Source: Elsinoe ampelina
Lineage: Eukaryota
Direction: 5' to 3'
DNA length: 61,820 nucleotides
NCBI GenBank assembly: GCA_010093995.1
Contig: ML992502.1
Coordinates: 1,520,635-1,582,454, forward strand
The notes beneath the pieces were generated by a model, which was given only the letters and a program-made list of their open reading frames with translations, had not been told where the DNA came from and did no database searches. Below are positions 41,283-54,340 of the stretch, one piece after another; positions within the stretch are counted from its first letter, which is position 1, and each line of letters begins with the position of its first letter. Position numbers and translations under genes: made by a program.

Positions 41283-41340
41283 AGTTTATTCTTAGTTCGC
41301 GTTAACTAATCTTATCTAGATCTCTCTAAGTCTATAATAC
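40830..41340 (+). repeat. ~510-bp direct repeat R2, copy 1 (copy 2 at 48282-48792)
   Basis: agtctatagctagca.agagtgtcctt...gacatacacgaggaagagaagggcatagataag...taagtctataata is shared between the copies. Confidence 0.93.
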
Positions 41341-41717
41341 ATTCTTTGCCCCGAGTGATTAATAAGATATAGCTTAGCTAGAGACTCTCGGCTTAGCGCT
41401 CTAACGTTTAATAAAAGGTAAGCTACTAACTTAGATAGATAATTTTAATTCGAGTTAGATCGTTATAGTAGAAGCGCCTTCTAGTAGAATACACTTGCCG
41501 CGGACTACTAGCCTCTATATAATGTTCTAATAAATCTACTTCTACCTACGTAAGAGTACTAAAGATATATCTAAGTTACATATGTAAAGGCTATAGTAGT
41601 CTAACTAATAGTAAAATAGTATTTACTAGTAGGAAGCTTACTTAGCTTAAATTTAGTAGTATAAATTGTTGCTTTACTCTATCTCTAGCATATTATATAT
41701 AGTAGTAGTAGAGAGTA

Positions 41718-42015
41718 GTCGGCAGGGGACAGCTAGTAGTTTATTATATTAAACTAATAATTTCTTAGTTCTCTCTCTCGAAGTTTAAAGATAACTTAAA
41801 ATTTTAACCTAACTATAGCTGGTAGAGGATAGCTAGTAGTTTATTATATCGAACTAATAATTTCTTAATTCTCTCTCTTAAAGTTTAAAGATAACTTAAA
41901 ATTTTAACCTAACTATAGCCGGCAGGGGATAGCTAGTAGTTTATTACGTCGAACTAATAATGTCTTAGTTCTCTCTCTTAAAGTTTAAGAATAATCTAAA
42001 ATTTTGACCTAACTA
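41718..42015 (+). repeat. Tandem repeat, 3 x 100 bp
   Basis: Units start at 41718, 41818 and 41918 (g.cggcagggga.agctagtagtttatta...aaaattttaacctaacta). Confidence 0.96.
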
Positions 42016-42141
42016 GATTAAGTACTCCTCGAAACTTAATTACGTAATACTATTTAATTATATTCTTCTCTAAAGTTAAGTATTATATATTTAGAGACTT
42101 ATAATCTTTATAGTATTATAAATATGTTATAAACCCTATTT

Positions 42142-42931
42142 GTAGCGATATAACTATATCGTAGATACGATTTACTATAACGCCTTAGTTTACGCTCTTT
42201 GCTTATACTAACCTAAATATAGGCGTTAGCGTCCCTAGTATAACCTTTTCTCTCCTCTCTATCTAACCTTAATAATAGCTAGCTATCTATTATAGTAGAT
42301 CCCCTGCCTAGTAAACTATAATTATCTATTGCTATATATACGATAGTAACTTTAATATTTACTTCTACCTTGCTGTCGCTACTACTTCTAATAGTATCCT
42401 CTATACTAGCTATATCGTGTTTATAGAATTAACTACTGCTAGTACCTAGTAGTTACGCCGGAGTAAATCTATTATAGTATACCTCTCTATCTTGCCTACT
42501 ACGCCGCTATAGGCTTAAGGGTACGTAAGGAGACTCTAATATCTCTTTCCCTCTCCCTACTACTACTACCCTTTATAGCTTCCTTTATACTAGCTACGTA
42601 TTATTAGTAGAACTAACTACTATCTCTACCTAGTAGCTACGACTAAGTAAATCTATCGCGGAGTATCTTCTAATCTTATAGATAGCGCTACTAGAGGTTC
42701 TAGTATACGCGAAGAAAGTAGAGGAGTTAGCGTCTATTAGGAATTATCTACCTTATAGTATAAAAATATTAAGGGAAGAATTATAGAGGAACAACTAGTA
42801 TAATAAAGAGAAAGAGATAGAGGAATATCGTAGGTAAAGATATATCTACTACCTCCTACTAGATAGTAGCTTACTATAGAGGGCATTATAGGCAGAGCTA
42901 TACTAGTAGCGTCCTCTCTTGCTATTACCTT
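42142..42931 (+). repeat. Direct repeat R1, copy 2
   Basis: Matches 34866-35666. Confidence 0.93.
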
Positions 42932-43754
42932 CCTAGTAGAGCTAGGTAAGAAATAAAGCATATTTGTAATTATATAGAATATACTATTAACTACTCGTTC
43001 TGCAGAATATATAGCCTTTACTCTACTCTACTACTTAATTCCGTATATAGTAATTATAAAGTCTAGATAATTAGATAGTAGTATATTACTTTCTTTATTC
43101 CTTTACTAGTATCTATAAGCTATACTATACACTATATATACTATGCCCTTTATTCTGCTATAGGCTACTAACTACCTTCTATTTGTGTTCTATTACTATT
43201 GTCCTTCGTATATAAATACTAGTTTCGCTATTAAAATATTGTTTAATTATTTTATATTAACTACTACTATATTTCCTCTATTTATTAGACTATTATCCCT
43301 TAAGATCTACCCTAAATACGACAATAGTATCCTTAGTATATATAGCATATAAAATAAAAGGTAACTAAGTATATAGACTATAGTTACTCTTAGTTTAGTA
43401 TCTAAACTAAGTAATTTACTATTATATATATACTATATCTAGTATACTACTATATACTTAGTTTAGAGCCTAACCTAAGTTAACTAAATTTAGGTTACTT
43501 CTCTCCTTAATTACTTTAGTTTACCTTTGTTTATACTCTCTTATATATAAATAAATAACTTATATAGCTCTCTAGTATTTCTTTAACCTCTTTAACTTCT
43601 CTTTTAAGCGCTCTTTACTTAAATATCTCCTCTTTAGTTAAGTTTTAGTTAGGCATATATTATAAAGTATATAGACCTACTATGTTAATAAATTCTCTCC
43701 TTAATTCTTCTAAACTTATAAATATATAATACCTTTATAAGATCTCTTCTTTAA

Positions 43755-45100
43755 TATCTACTATACCTACTTAACCTATTTACTAAATATTATTCTAAGC
43801 TTTATTTATAGTATATACTAAGCTTATAGACATATATAATATGTCTAAGAATTAGCTTAATAGCGCTAGTATAGCTACTAATAATATTCCGCTTTATAAA
43901 AGACCTCCTATAGAAATTTAAGTATAGCTTAATAAAAATCTTAAGATTAAGAGATTCTTCCTTAAATTCTTTAACTAGGATAACAACTAGTATACTACTA
44001 TATATATAAGAGCGTAAGAAGAATATAAGAATACCTATATAGTTCTAGGACTTAAATATAAGAAACCTTAGGATAGTAACGTTAATATAACTATAATTAT
44101 AAATAATATTAAAACTTCCCTATAATACTCTTAGAATAACTATACGAAGATCTTCTTTTAAAGACTATACTATTAAGACTAAGACTAGTTTAAGAGGAAC
44201 ATTAGAAACTATAATAATATATCTAGTTATAATATTATTAAAGATTTTGTCCTTACTATTAAGGTATAAAAGCTTAGGAATAAGAAGAATTAGACTAAAG
44301 TAGATAAGAAGGCTTATTCTAAGAAGCACATTAGAAAGTGCCCCTCTACTACCTAGTCTAATAGTAGACTCTCTAAAAGATTAAAGACTTCTATACTTAG
44401 TAGCGGACTTATAGGTATAGATATTAATTACTATACTAGTTAGCCTATACGTTAGTAGTAAATACTAGAGGACATGTCTTATCTAGTCTAGAGTATTATT
44501 AATAAAACTATTATTAACTTTATAATTGTTAAGTAATTAAATATTAGCCCGGGCGTAATTATAAAGAGAGAATATTTATATTATCTATAGGTGTTTAGTC
44601 TAAGAATTTTAAGGTTATATCCGGGGGATTATAATCTAAACGTATATAGCCTTAATAACATTAGGCTATTCCTAAAGGAGAAGAAGTTAGTTAGTAATAA
44701 TATTATTCTTATATAGATAGATTATATAGAGCTATATAATATTCTACCTATCTTAGACAACTACGACCTATATACTACTATAATTAACTATGTTAACTCC
44801 CTAGTTAAAGGTAGTAATATAATCTTTATCTATCTTACGCCTAGTACGGATCTAGTTAAGAAGCTCTCTAAAGAAGTACTTTATAAGTTTAATACTTAGT
44901 TCGACTTAGGTATATACTAATATACTTAGTTAACTCTCTTTAGTATTATAATAGTTAAAAGCTATTAACTCTAGTCTAGAAGGAAGAGAAAGAGAAACCT
45001 CTAGCTCCTCTATCTCTAGCTAAGCGCCTACTACCGCGTAAATCTACTTCTAAGAAGTAACCTAGCTCTCTACTACCTAACAAGAATAATACTACTATTA
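43755..45100 (+). pseudogene. Cargo gene X2, paralog of X1, possibly fused to the downstream SNF2 domain
   Basis: De-RIP FFDQDNNQYAAMYIRAQE (~43967) and YDPYAAMIDYVNSLVEGGNVIFIHLTPG (~44762-44845). Intron-like segment after HLTP at the same place as in X1. Runs through a Pro/Lys-rich linker toward the helicase. Confidence 0.6.
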
Positions 45101-47845
45101 ACAATTGTCCTACTTAGGTAATAGAAGACAAATACTATAAGTAATGCTAAAATAGCAATTAGTATCCCTTTATAATTATACCTAGTAAGAAGTAAGTAAG
45201 GTACTATATTCCGTTAGTCTCTAAGACACTATCTATACCTATTCTAGCGCTTATAACTTGTATATTTAATAAGACTCTTAGTAGCTTAAACTTCGTTAAA
45301 CTTTATACTATAAACAATAACGACAATAAGTAAACTAGTAATAATCTAGCTAACTAAAGCTTTATCTCTATAGGCACTAGAATCAATTACTAGTCTAAAG
45401 AGTTCTAGAAGAGAGTCTATAACTTTATAAGCTTTAAGAAAGACATCTACTTACTAAACGCTAGTATATAGTGTTTTAGTTAGAATAAGAAGTATCTAGT
45501 TAAGGTAGTATAGATGTACTTAGCGCTTATTATACTTAAGAAATACCTCGAAGGCTACCTAGTATTTATATTTATATATAAGATAGAATTTAGAAAGACT
45601 CCGATAGAACTCTTCTTTCTCTTACTAATTTAAAACTTAAATAAAAAGGTTATCTAGGATACTAACTATACTACTATATCTAAGAATAAGTAGAGTAAGT
45701 ACTAGAAGGTAAAGACACTAGTTAATAAGCTATAGCTAGATATTGCTTCTATAGATACTATTAGCTATAATCTAATTATTAGCGGATTAAACGTAATAAA
45801 ATAGTAGGTGTAGAAGATATAAAAGTTTATACCTAATATAAAGGTTGTTCTATACTAGGGAAGAATATTCTAAGCTATATAAGAAGATAAGTATAGCGAT
45901 ATATATAATATAGATACTTTAATTTGCAAAGAGAATCTATCTATAGGCTACCGCTAATAGGAGTCTTAGCTAATAGATAAGTCTAGTAAGCCTATTAACA
46001 CTATTATAGTCTTATAACTAGTCGATATATATAAGTAACACCCCCGGACCTTATAGATAAATAATTAGTTCTTCTTTACTACTTATAACACTATAATCTA
46101 CTACTTCCTTAGTAAGAATAATATAAATACTAAGGATTAGAACTTTGTTCCTAAGGGATAAGAGAGAAAGCTAAGGTCTACGCCTATAAACTAGGCCGCT
46201 ATTATCTTTAATAAGTTCTATTAGGTTACTAGCTAGAAGATATAGACCTAGTGTTATTTAGGAATACTACTAGAGAGGCCTTTTATACTAGGTATAAGTA
46301 GGACACTATTTATTAAGTGCTTAAACATAGTAGCGTTCTTAATAGTAGCTATATATAAGGACTTTAGATTAGAAAAGCTTAATATAAATAGAAGTAAAAT
46401 AGGAGAATTTAATAAGAACTATATCTATAAATCTAAGTAGGAGCTAACTAAGGCTAAGAATAATAAATATTAAGTAACACTAAAGATAACACTAGATAAG
46501 ACTTAATAAGCTATTGCTAATAAGCTTAACTTCTAAATAGTATTAGACTATGCCTTTGTAATTAATAAATAGTATAAGGTAAATAACAACTCTAGTAAGT
46601 TTAATAAAAAGAGAAGTATATAGTTTATAGAAGAGATTATAGCAACGGTCGGTAAATAGAGTACTATCCTTATAAATATTCTTATTAAGATAAATATAAA
46701 CTATATCTAGAAACCTTTCGATACTACTCCCGGTCTACTAGCTATTAGAGTTCTACTATATTCTACCTTTAACTTAGAGATTACTATCGAGGATAAGTAT
46801 CTTTATAGTCTTATAAATATATAGAAGAAGATCGAACAGGATATAGATAAGAGTATATAAGAGGTAATTAATAGGCAAAAGGACAAATCTAATAAGCCTA
46901 AAGTAACATTAGAGATAATCCTTAATAAGAAGACTAAGGAGCAAATACTAAACCTAGTTACGCTACTACTACTTTTCTCTATATTTCTTGCTCTTATAGA
47001 TATATTCTAGAATAATCCCGTAGTTATAGAAGAGTTTAGCAACTTTACTATTAAGTTTGCTTACGAAATTATATATAACTCCTTAGAGATAGCGCTATAG
47101 TAGTATATAGACAAGATCTACGCTAGTTCTTAGATAAAGGTCCTTTATAGTGTTATTTCTAAGATTATTAAGTAGAACGTCTCCTATTCGAAGGAGCTAA
47201 AGAGATAAGTAATTATCTATATATTTACACTATTAGTACTAGTAGTTACTACGATAGTTAGTTTAGTCTATTTAGTCTATTTAGGTTATTACTAATAAGA
47301 GTATAGTATCTAAAATAGCTCGAGAAGTACCTAGACAGCAAAGCAATTAGGATTAATAAGGATACTAATATAGTTGTTGTCTACTATAGAATAACATCTA
47401 TACCTGCCTATATAGACATTATTAACATAGCTATGTCTAATAATACGTTTATTAAACCTAATAGGCCGGAAGGCTTAAGGATCTTAATTACCTAGAGTAG
47501 AGCTATTAAGACTAGTCTTAATCTAAACTACTTCGATACTATAATCTTACTCGATATAGCGTTAGTATTATAATCCGTCCTTTAGTATCTAGCTTAGGTC
47601 TATAGAAATATTAAGTCTTAGAAAGCTAACTATATAGAGGCGTTTATAATAAAGCTAATAGCTTTGTTCTATAGGCCTCTAGAATAGCTTAATAGTAGAT
47701 AGAGTAGGCTATCGATAATATAAAAGGTCATTTATAAGGAAATAGAGAAGTAGAGGGCAGAGATCTAGAAACTTTAATAAGCTATAGCAAAGAAGAATAT
47801 AATTATTATAGATAATAATTAAGATTACTAGATAATAGTCTAACT
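45100..47845 (+). pseudogene. SNF2-family (SF2) helicase/ATPase cargo gene, RIP-inactivated
   Basis: Ordered de-RIP motifs: Walker A IF(A)HEMGFGKT (~45568-45600), Ia I.SGLNV..QW..K..KF.P..KVV.Y.G (~45775-45860), Walker B I.FDEFH (~46201-46221, ttt aat aag ttc tat), V/VI ETGLNL..FDT.ILLD......LQHLARVHR (~47505-47607). Confidence 0.82.
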
Positions 47846-48281
47846 ATATTACCTAAAAATATAATTCTTTAGTTTAGTAGACTAATTTAGTTCCCTATAT
47901 ATGTTAAACTATCTTTTAGATTACCTAATATAATATAGTATCTAAACGTTTCTTACTTTCTACTATCGCTAAAATTTAGCTAGCTAACTCTAACTACAAA
48001 TTTAGATCTTAAGTAATAAATATAGATATACTAAGGCAAATTAGTAAATGCTTAGCCTACGGGAAGATTATATAATCTAGTAAAGGCCTTATCTAATATC
48101 TACTATATTACTAGAGGAGAGAGCTACTAATAAGTAATATAGCGTAAGTCTTACTAGAGTAATATAGCAATAGACATCTACGTAGAGATAATACTAGTAA
48201 TAATCCTTACTTATTTAATAAGGGAAAGTACTTACTATCTAATAAAGGCTAACGAGGTAGTATTACTAGTAATGTACGACA

Positions 48282-48792
48282 TAGTCTACTAATACTAAAT
48301 AACCTACTAGTCTACTTTACTCCGCTACAAATAATAGTAACTAAGAATTAAACTAAACACTAGAGTAGAAACGAAAGTCTATAGCTAGCAGAGAGTGTCC
48401 TTTCCCCTTTGCCTACTATATAGTATAGTATAGTAGATAATCCTCTTAGTCTCTTTACTAACCTTAACTCTTAACCTCTAGCACATAGAATAGATAGTAA
48501 TAGTAATAGTAGGCTTAATAGCGACATACACGAGGAAGAGAAGGGCATAGATAAGGTTATAATAGAAGGCATACACGAGAAAGAGTAAGTAATTATAGTA
48601 AGTACAACTAGTAGCATATCTATAGGGCGAAGTACTAGGAGGTTATCCTTATCTAGTAGAGCTATATCTAATTATACTACGTTTAAGATAGCTACTAGTA
48701 TACTAGCTAGTAGCGAAGAGTTAGTTATAGACATAGTTTATTCTTAGTTTACGTTAACTAATCTTGTCTAGATCTCCTTAAGTCTATAATAT
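48282..48792 (+). repeat. Direct repeat R2, copy 2 (contains minus-strand ATG at 48734 of paralog Y2)
   Basis: Matches 40830-41340. Confidence 0.93.
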
Positions 48793-48859
48793 ATATACTA
48801 ACACTAACGATAAACTAAATTATAATTAGTTAGGCGAGACTTAACTAAAGTAAGCCTTT

Positions 48860-51565
48860 ATTAGTAGTATAGACGTAGGTCTTGCCTAGTAGCTTATAAA
48901 GGAGAAACTTAGTAGAGCTATAATTACGTAATTACTTAAAGATCTATATATATAACCTCTAGTAGAGAGCCTTAGTTAGTAAACTACGAATAAACTAACA
49001 AAGAAGATAGAGAATTTAGATACAGGCGGGGGTATTAATAGCTAGTAGACCTTAAGCTTTATACTAAATACTAATTGTAGGTCTAAAAGATATACGTTCT
49101 AGTATCTAGATATTCTTATAGCAATACGCTTCTTGCTTAGCTATTATAGTTTCGTAGTAGACATAGACTATAGCCTATATAGAGTCTTTATAGAAGCTGT
49201 TAAGAGTAAGCTACTATAACAAGTATACACTAAAATAGTAAGTAGCGACTAGTAGTAGAACACACAAAAGCGACTTAGGATACTAGGGGCTACTATTATC
49301 CTATTAATCGTCGTAAGTAATTAGACCTAAGTAATAAACTATTAAGGAGATCTTATAGTATATACTATCTATCTATTATTAGGTAACCTAAAGGTAGAAG
49401 CACGTAATAGCAACTACTAGCTAGGGTAGTTACTAATTAGCTTACTTCCTATTATTAAAGATAGTAGTAATATTATTAAGGAGAAGACCTACTACACTTA
49501 TATAAAGAAAATCTTTAACGCCGTTATTAATTGCTACTTAAGAGAAGGTAAAATAATCTCCTATATAAATAGAAAGAGGTAGAGGTACTTCTCTATACTT
49601 ACTACTATATCTACGAATTACGCTAAATAGGTTACTATAACTAGTGTAAAGTCACTATATTATTATATAAGTTACCTAATTGGTAAGGACGAAAGAGAGG
49701 ACCTAGTAGTTACTATACTATTCTAAACTTACTACTCTACGTAGCAATAATAGCGCTTATAGAGAGAAGTATATAAGAGTTAGTAGCGAGGTAAGAAGAT
49801 AGATATAAGCTCTTAGGTTTATATAGTTAGTTACTTTACATAGGATCTTCTATATACTAATATTTACTACGTAATAGTACTAGATATTCTATACTAACTT
49901 CTTAAAGGCGTTTTAATATATATCTTATACTAGACTTAAAAATTGCTCTAGAATTTAATGCCTATATAGAGATTACTATAGTATATAAAGGCTAGAGAGA
50001 CTATGTAGCGAATAGACTACTAGTGCTTAGTAAAGAAGATTATACTTAATATTATTAACAAGTATTTCGATAGTATACTAGTGTTTCCTAGCATCCGATA
50101 CTTCTTATACTACTTAGCTATTAAGCAATAGACAGGTTAAGAGTAGAAGAGTATTATACGCTAGATACTTCTAGTATTTATACTACTACTTAAGGAGGTT
50201 AAGGCACCTTAAGCTATTAAGTTTATACGCGTACTAGTTAACTTTATATTACTAGTGAACTATAAGACCTATAATAACGATATACTCTAGTATATTAACC
50301 TTGCGCTCTTTAGGATAAACAAGTATAAAGAAACCTTTTAGGCCTATTATAGTAATAGGAAAGAAGAGAGTAACTTTAACTTTCCGAAATAGTACTTAAT
50401 AATATATTTTTTAAAGGCTATCTATAATTTCGGAGTAGTTACTAGCCTCGATTCTAATTATTTAAAGCATAATTATATATACTTTATTAAGGACGCCTTT
50501 AAACTTATAAATAAGAAGGCTAGATAGAAAGACTAGATTACTACTTATAACACTAAACTAGTAAACATGTTAGTAGTATTTAATAACCCCTCGAAGTTAG
50601 TTAGGCTATTAGCTACTAAACTAATTAAGATCTAGCGTACGCTAGTTAGCGTAAGTAATATAGTAAACGTCACTTCTTAGTTTAGCTAGCCTAGCACTAA
50701 GGAGAAGGCTATATAGCGTATAGTAAGAGAACTAGAGGCGCTTATTAATATACTACCTAGGCTATTACTATAGTAAGTAATAGCAGTGTTTGTCCGCGAG
50801 GCTTGTTAAGGTATAGCTAATATAGGCTCTAACTTAAGAACTAAATACTCTAATTAGTTTAATGCTAAACTAGATCCCGATAGACTCGAACTAGATTCTT
50901 CCTAGGTAAGTAACCTCTATATTAAGTTCTACTATTCTTTAAAGTATAGGAAACTATCCGACTATAATTCTAATAATTCTAATATAGACAAATAAGACTT
51001 TATCTAGTGTATAACTAAATAGTAAGAGATACGTAGCAATAAGAGGCAAGACTAGCTCTAGGTATAAGAATAGATAACAAATAACAAAGGCACTAACGGA
51101 GTATTACCTAATAGCCTATAAGGTAAGTTACTAGCTTATATTATATTTATAATAACTATAGAGGATAGCTTCTAGTCTAGTAGATCGGGCCGGCGTTAAC
51201 GCCTATACTACATAGGAGCGCTAGTAGATCTATATTAGCCTACTCGGCCGGATAGAGTAGCTAATTAAGAGTATAGTATAACACTAATTAAGCCTTAGAC
51301 AAATCAACGCACGCGAGCTAGACGAAATACTCTTACTAGTAGGCATATCTACTTTACCTTATAAATCTACTATAGTATCTATATTATACTAGTAGATAAA
51401 ATAAAGCTATATAGCTAGATATATATTAATAACATAGCCGACTTTAATATATATAATATGCTATAGAATAAGTTATAGAAGTCTAAATAGCTCTACCTAG
51501 CTAAGGCTTTAAAACGAGAGAGGTTAAGATCCCTAGGTATAGTTAGTAAGCGTAGTAGGCATTAA
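48860..51565 (+). pseudogene. Plavaka-family transposase (RIP-inactivated)
   Basis: De-RIP VYTEMASGDWWWNTQKRL..PGATIIPLIVASDQTQVTNHQGDL.AY.IYLSLGNL (~49223-49390), CADGKRRRCFPILAA...YAEQ (~49560-49630), PDILHQLLKGVL (~49880), FNFPKWHL..HF...I..FG...G.DS..SEH.H..FVKDAF..TNK (~50375-50515). These are the characteristic Plavaka motifs. Start approximate. Confidence 0.88.
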
Positions 51566-51899
51566 CAAAGCTAGAGTACTTCTTTTGTAGCTAGAACAAT
51601 TATCTCTTATATTAATAGCCTAACGCTTAGATATACTTAGGTTAACTACTAGACTATGTTAGGTAGGCAAGTTATAATAACTTCTATAAGTATTACTCTA
51701 ACTAGTTAGTTTATACCTATATATTATTAGGTTAGTCCCTAAACTATATAGGGTTCGCGGCCTAAGATGCTTTATATAGTTTTTATACTAAAGAGTTAGT
51801 TTATTCCTTTACTAATTATAATAGCTTAGGAAATTATAGCGAGGCGTTATAGAAGATAGTCTTTAAGATACTTAAGACATACCTTAAGTATTTAGCAAT

Positions 51900-53972
51900 A
51901 GTAGTAAAAGGCTTAGGTTAGTAAGTTATCTTTAGGTTAGTTTTACTAACGGAGTTAGTAGTCTAAGAGGAAAGTTTATTCTCTATAATAAGTTTACTAA
52001 TAAGACTCTAATATAGACGATAGTACTTTACTCTATTTACTATTATATCGTAGAGATCTACTCGATGCTACTAGAGTAGTTACTAAGGACTTATTCCTTT
52101 CTATCTAATAGATAAGATCTATAATAACACTAGCTTAGAAGACCTGCTAGGGAATATTCTTATTAATCTCTATATATATACTATACACAGGAAATAAGTT
52201 AAGAAAGAAGCTACTCTTTAGTATAGTAAGTAGCCTCTTCCTTGTCCTCTAAAGTCTCCTTTATATCTATGTAGGTTATAAGTATTTCCTTATAAGATTA
52301 TTAGTGTATAATATATATATAACAAATCCTGTCTATAAGATTATATACTAGATTATTCTACATGCGCTATTACTATAACTACTACTTAGTAGTAGTAATA
52401 GTAGAGTAGCGGGATATAGTAGGAAAAAGTGTTATTATATCTACCTCTAAGAGAGAGATACTCTCTTTCTCCTCTATACCTTTCTCCTTGCTCTCCGCTA
52501 TAGTAAGGTATACTATAACTAAAGCTACTACTACCGCTTCCTCCGTAACTACTATTACTTATATATAGCTATAACTACGAGTTATTACTAGAAGCTTAGT
52601 ACGCGTTAGAGTGACTTTATCTTTAATATATAGCAATAAAGTGCTACGATCTTAACCTAGACACTGCCTTTATTACCTCTCTAACGACTACCGTAACTAG
52701 CGCTAAGAGCTAGTAAGATAAGAAGTATACTACCTCTACCTTCGCTAGTGTCTATAGCTATGCTAGTATTAAGCTTAGTAAGGTAGAGGAGAAGAGTAAG
52801 AAGCTAAAGGAGCCTCTTATTATTACTAATTACCTCCTTGCTAATAACCTTATAGATAGATAGTTAGAGTAGATCTTAAACTTTCTAGAAAGAGTATTTA
52901 CTTCTCCGCTATAATTGTCTTTAAGCTGTCGTTTAGACTACTATATCCTTAGTACTATCTCCGGGGCTACTTAGATACTATACTAATGTCTATTAGATCT
53001 TACTTTTCTAGGTAGTCTTTTATAGCTTTAGAATTATCCTTCTAGTAGGTATACTATTCCGTGTAAGTAGACGAGGAATTAGCTTAGCCTAAACTAAATG
53101 TCTATTACATTTCCTATACCTGTCTATATTAGTATTAATTTTCTTAGAATAGGCTATAGCCTTACTACTATAGCTACTATTAACGTAGTATATCTAGCTC
53201 TTATTATTATTCTTTTCCTACGTTACTAACGACTTCTAAGTACTAGAATAGGTCTATAGGTATTTATACTTAATGTTGTAACTATACTTAGCTATAATAA
53301 TTAAGTCCTTCTTAGGAAAAGCTTCCTTACATCTATAAGCCTAAGTTATAAACGCTCCTTTATAAGCTTGTTTTATATTGTTAATAATATAGGCCACTAG
53401 ATAGTAGAATGTCACGAACTATCTAAATATAGTCTACGCTAGTAGTCTAAGCTAAGCTAAGAACGAGGTAGTTCTACTTCTATAGTAGTATAGTACTAAG
53501 GTAAGAGTTGGAGAAGATATGTCTTATAGATAATAAAGTACGATTAGATAGTATTACAAAGGCTAGCCTTAGCAATACTAGTGTTCGCTATCTAGACAAG
53601 GTCGACTATAGTACTTATATAAGGTAAGGACTGTTCCTATATACATGTGTTCTTTACCGTGTGCTCTATATACTCTATATGCTCCGTAGCGAGAGTCGGG
53701 GGCAATATAGAGTATACGTCTACTAGTAACCTACGCGCTCTATAGTTTTAGGGGTAGAGCCGCTAGAGAAGATAGAGAACTAGGTAAATGTTAGGCTAGG
53801 TCACGTAATAACCTTGGTAGTTTAATTAGTCCTAACGTCCCTATGCTCTAGCTATTCTACTAGTTCGTAACATAGAACTTATAGGCTATAGGGCAATATA
53901 GGCGCTTTTTGTTAGTATTAACCTTTGTTGCTAGCTATATAGTTACGCGAAAGTGCTTATCTTTAGAGACAT
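51900..53972 (-). pseudogene. Unknown gene convergent with the Plavaka transposase, interrupted by a solo LTR
   Basis: ATG at 53972. Codon-structured minus strand with a Gly/Arg-rich tract (~52470-52590) on de-RIP. No family recognised. Confidence 0.4.
53410..53872 (-). mobile_element. Solo LTR of the Gypsy-3 family (463 bp)
   Basis: Reverse complement of 21481-21943, with tgtcacgaac...gttcgtaaca ends. 5-bp TSD TAGAA at 53405-53409 and 53873-53877. Confidence 0.96.
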
Positions 53973-54267
53973 CTAACACCTTAATAGACAACTAAGTAGA
54001 GACAATAAAATAGAGTTAGAATAAGTATATATTAGTTTAGAGTTTTATGTTATAAGCTAGAGAACAAGGCGTATAATGTCTACTTTCCTATTATAGTAAA
54101 AGCGCTTCTATACCGAGCTCTAATAATGTAAAGTATATACTTCTTCTCTATCTAGTAGATAAGATCTATAATAATACTAGCTTAGAGGGCCCTCTCTAGA
54201 AGATGCTTGTTAATTTCTATATCTATTCTAGTTATAGTAAGTAGAGCATTTATCTAATCTAAGGCAC

Positions 54268-54340
54268 GTATAGTACGTTTAACTAAAATTAGGTAGGTAT
54301 AGTACATTTAACTAAATTTAGGTAGGTGTAGTGCGTTTAT
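54268..54340 (+). repeat. Subterminal tandem repeat (~2.5 x 29 bp) near the right TIR of the giant element
   Basis: gtatagtacgtttaactaaaattaggtag / gtatagtacatttaactaaatttaggtag / gtgtagtgcgttta. Confidence 0.85.

Noticed and set aside
41718..42015. CRISPR array
   Set aside because: Whole 100-bp units repeat with no unique spacers; the context is eukaryotic and no cas genes are present.
42737..42961. 74-aa ORF from the ORF track
   Set aside because: Lies mostly in repeat R1 and its start region is not shared by the other copy; no motif.
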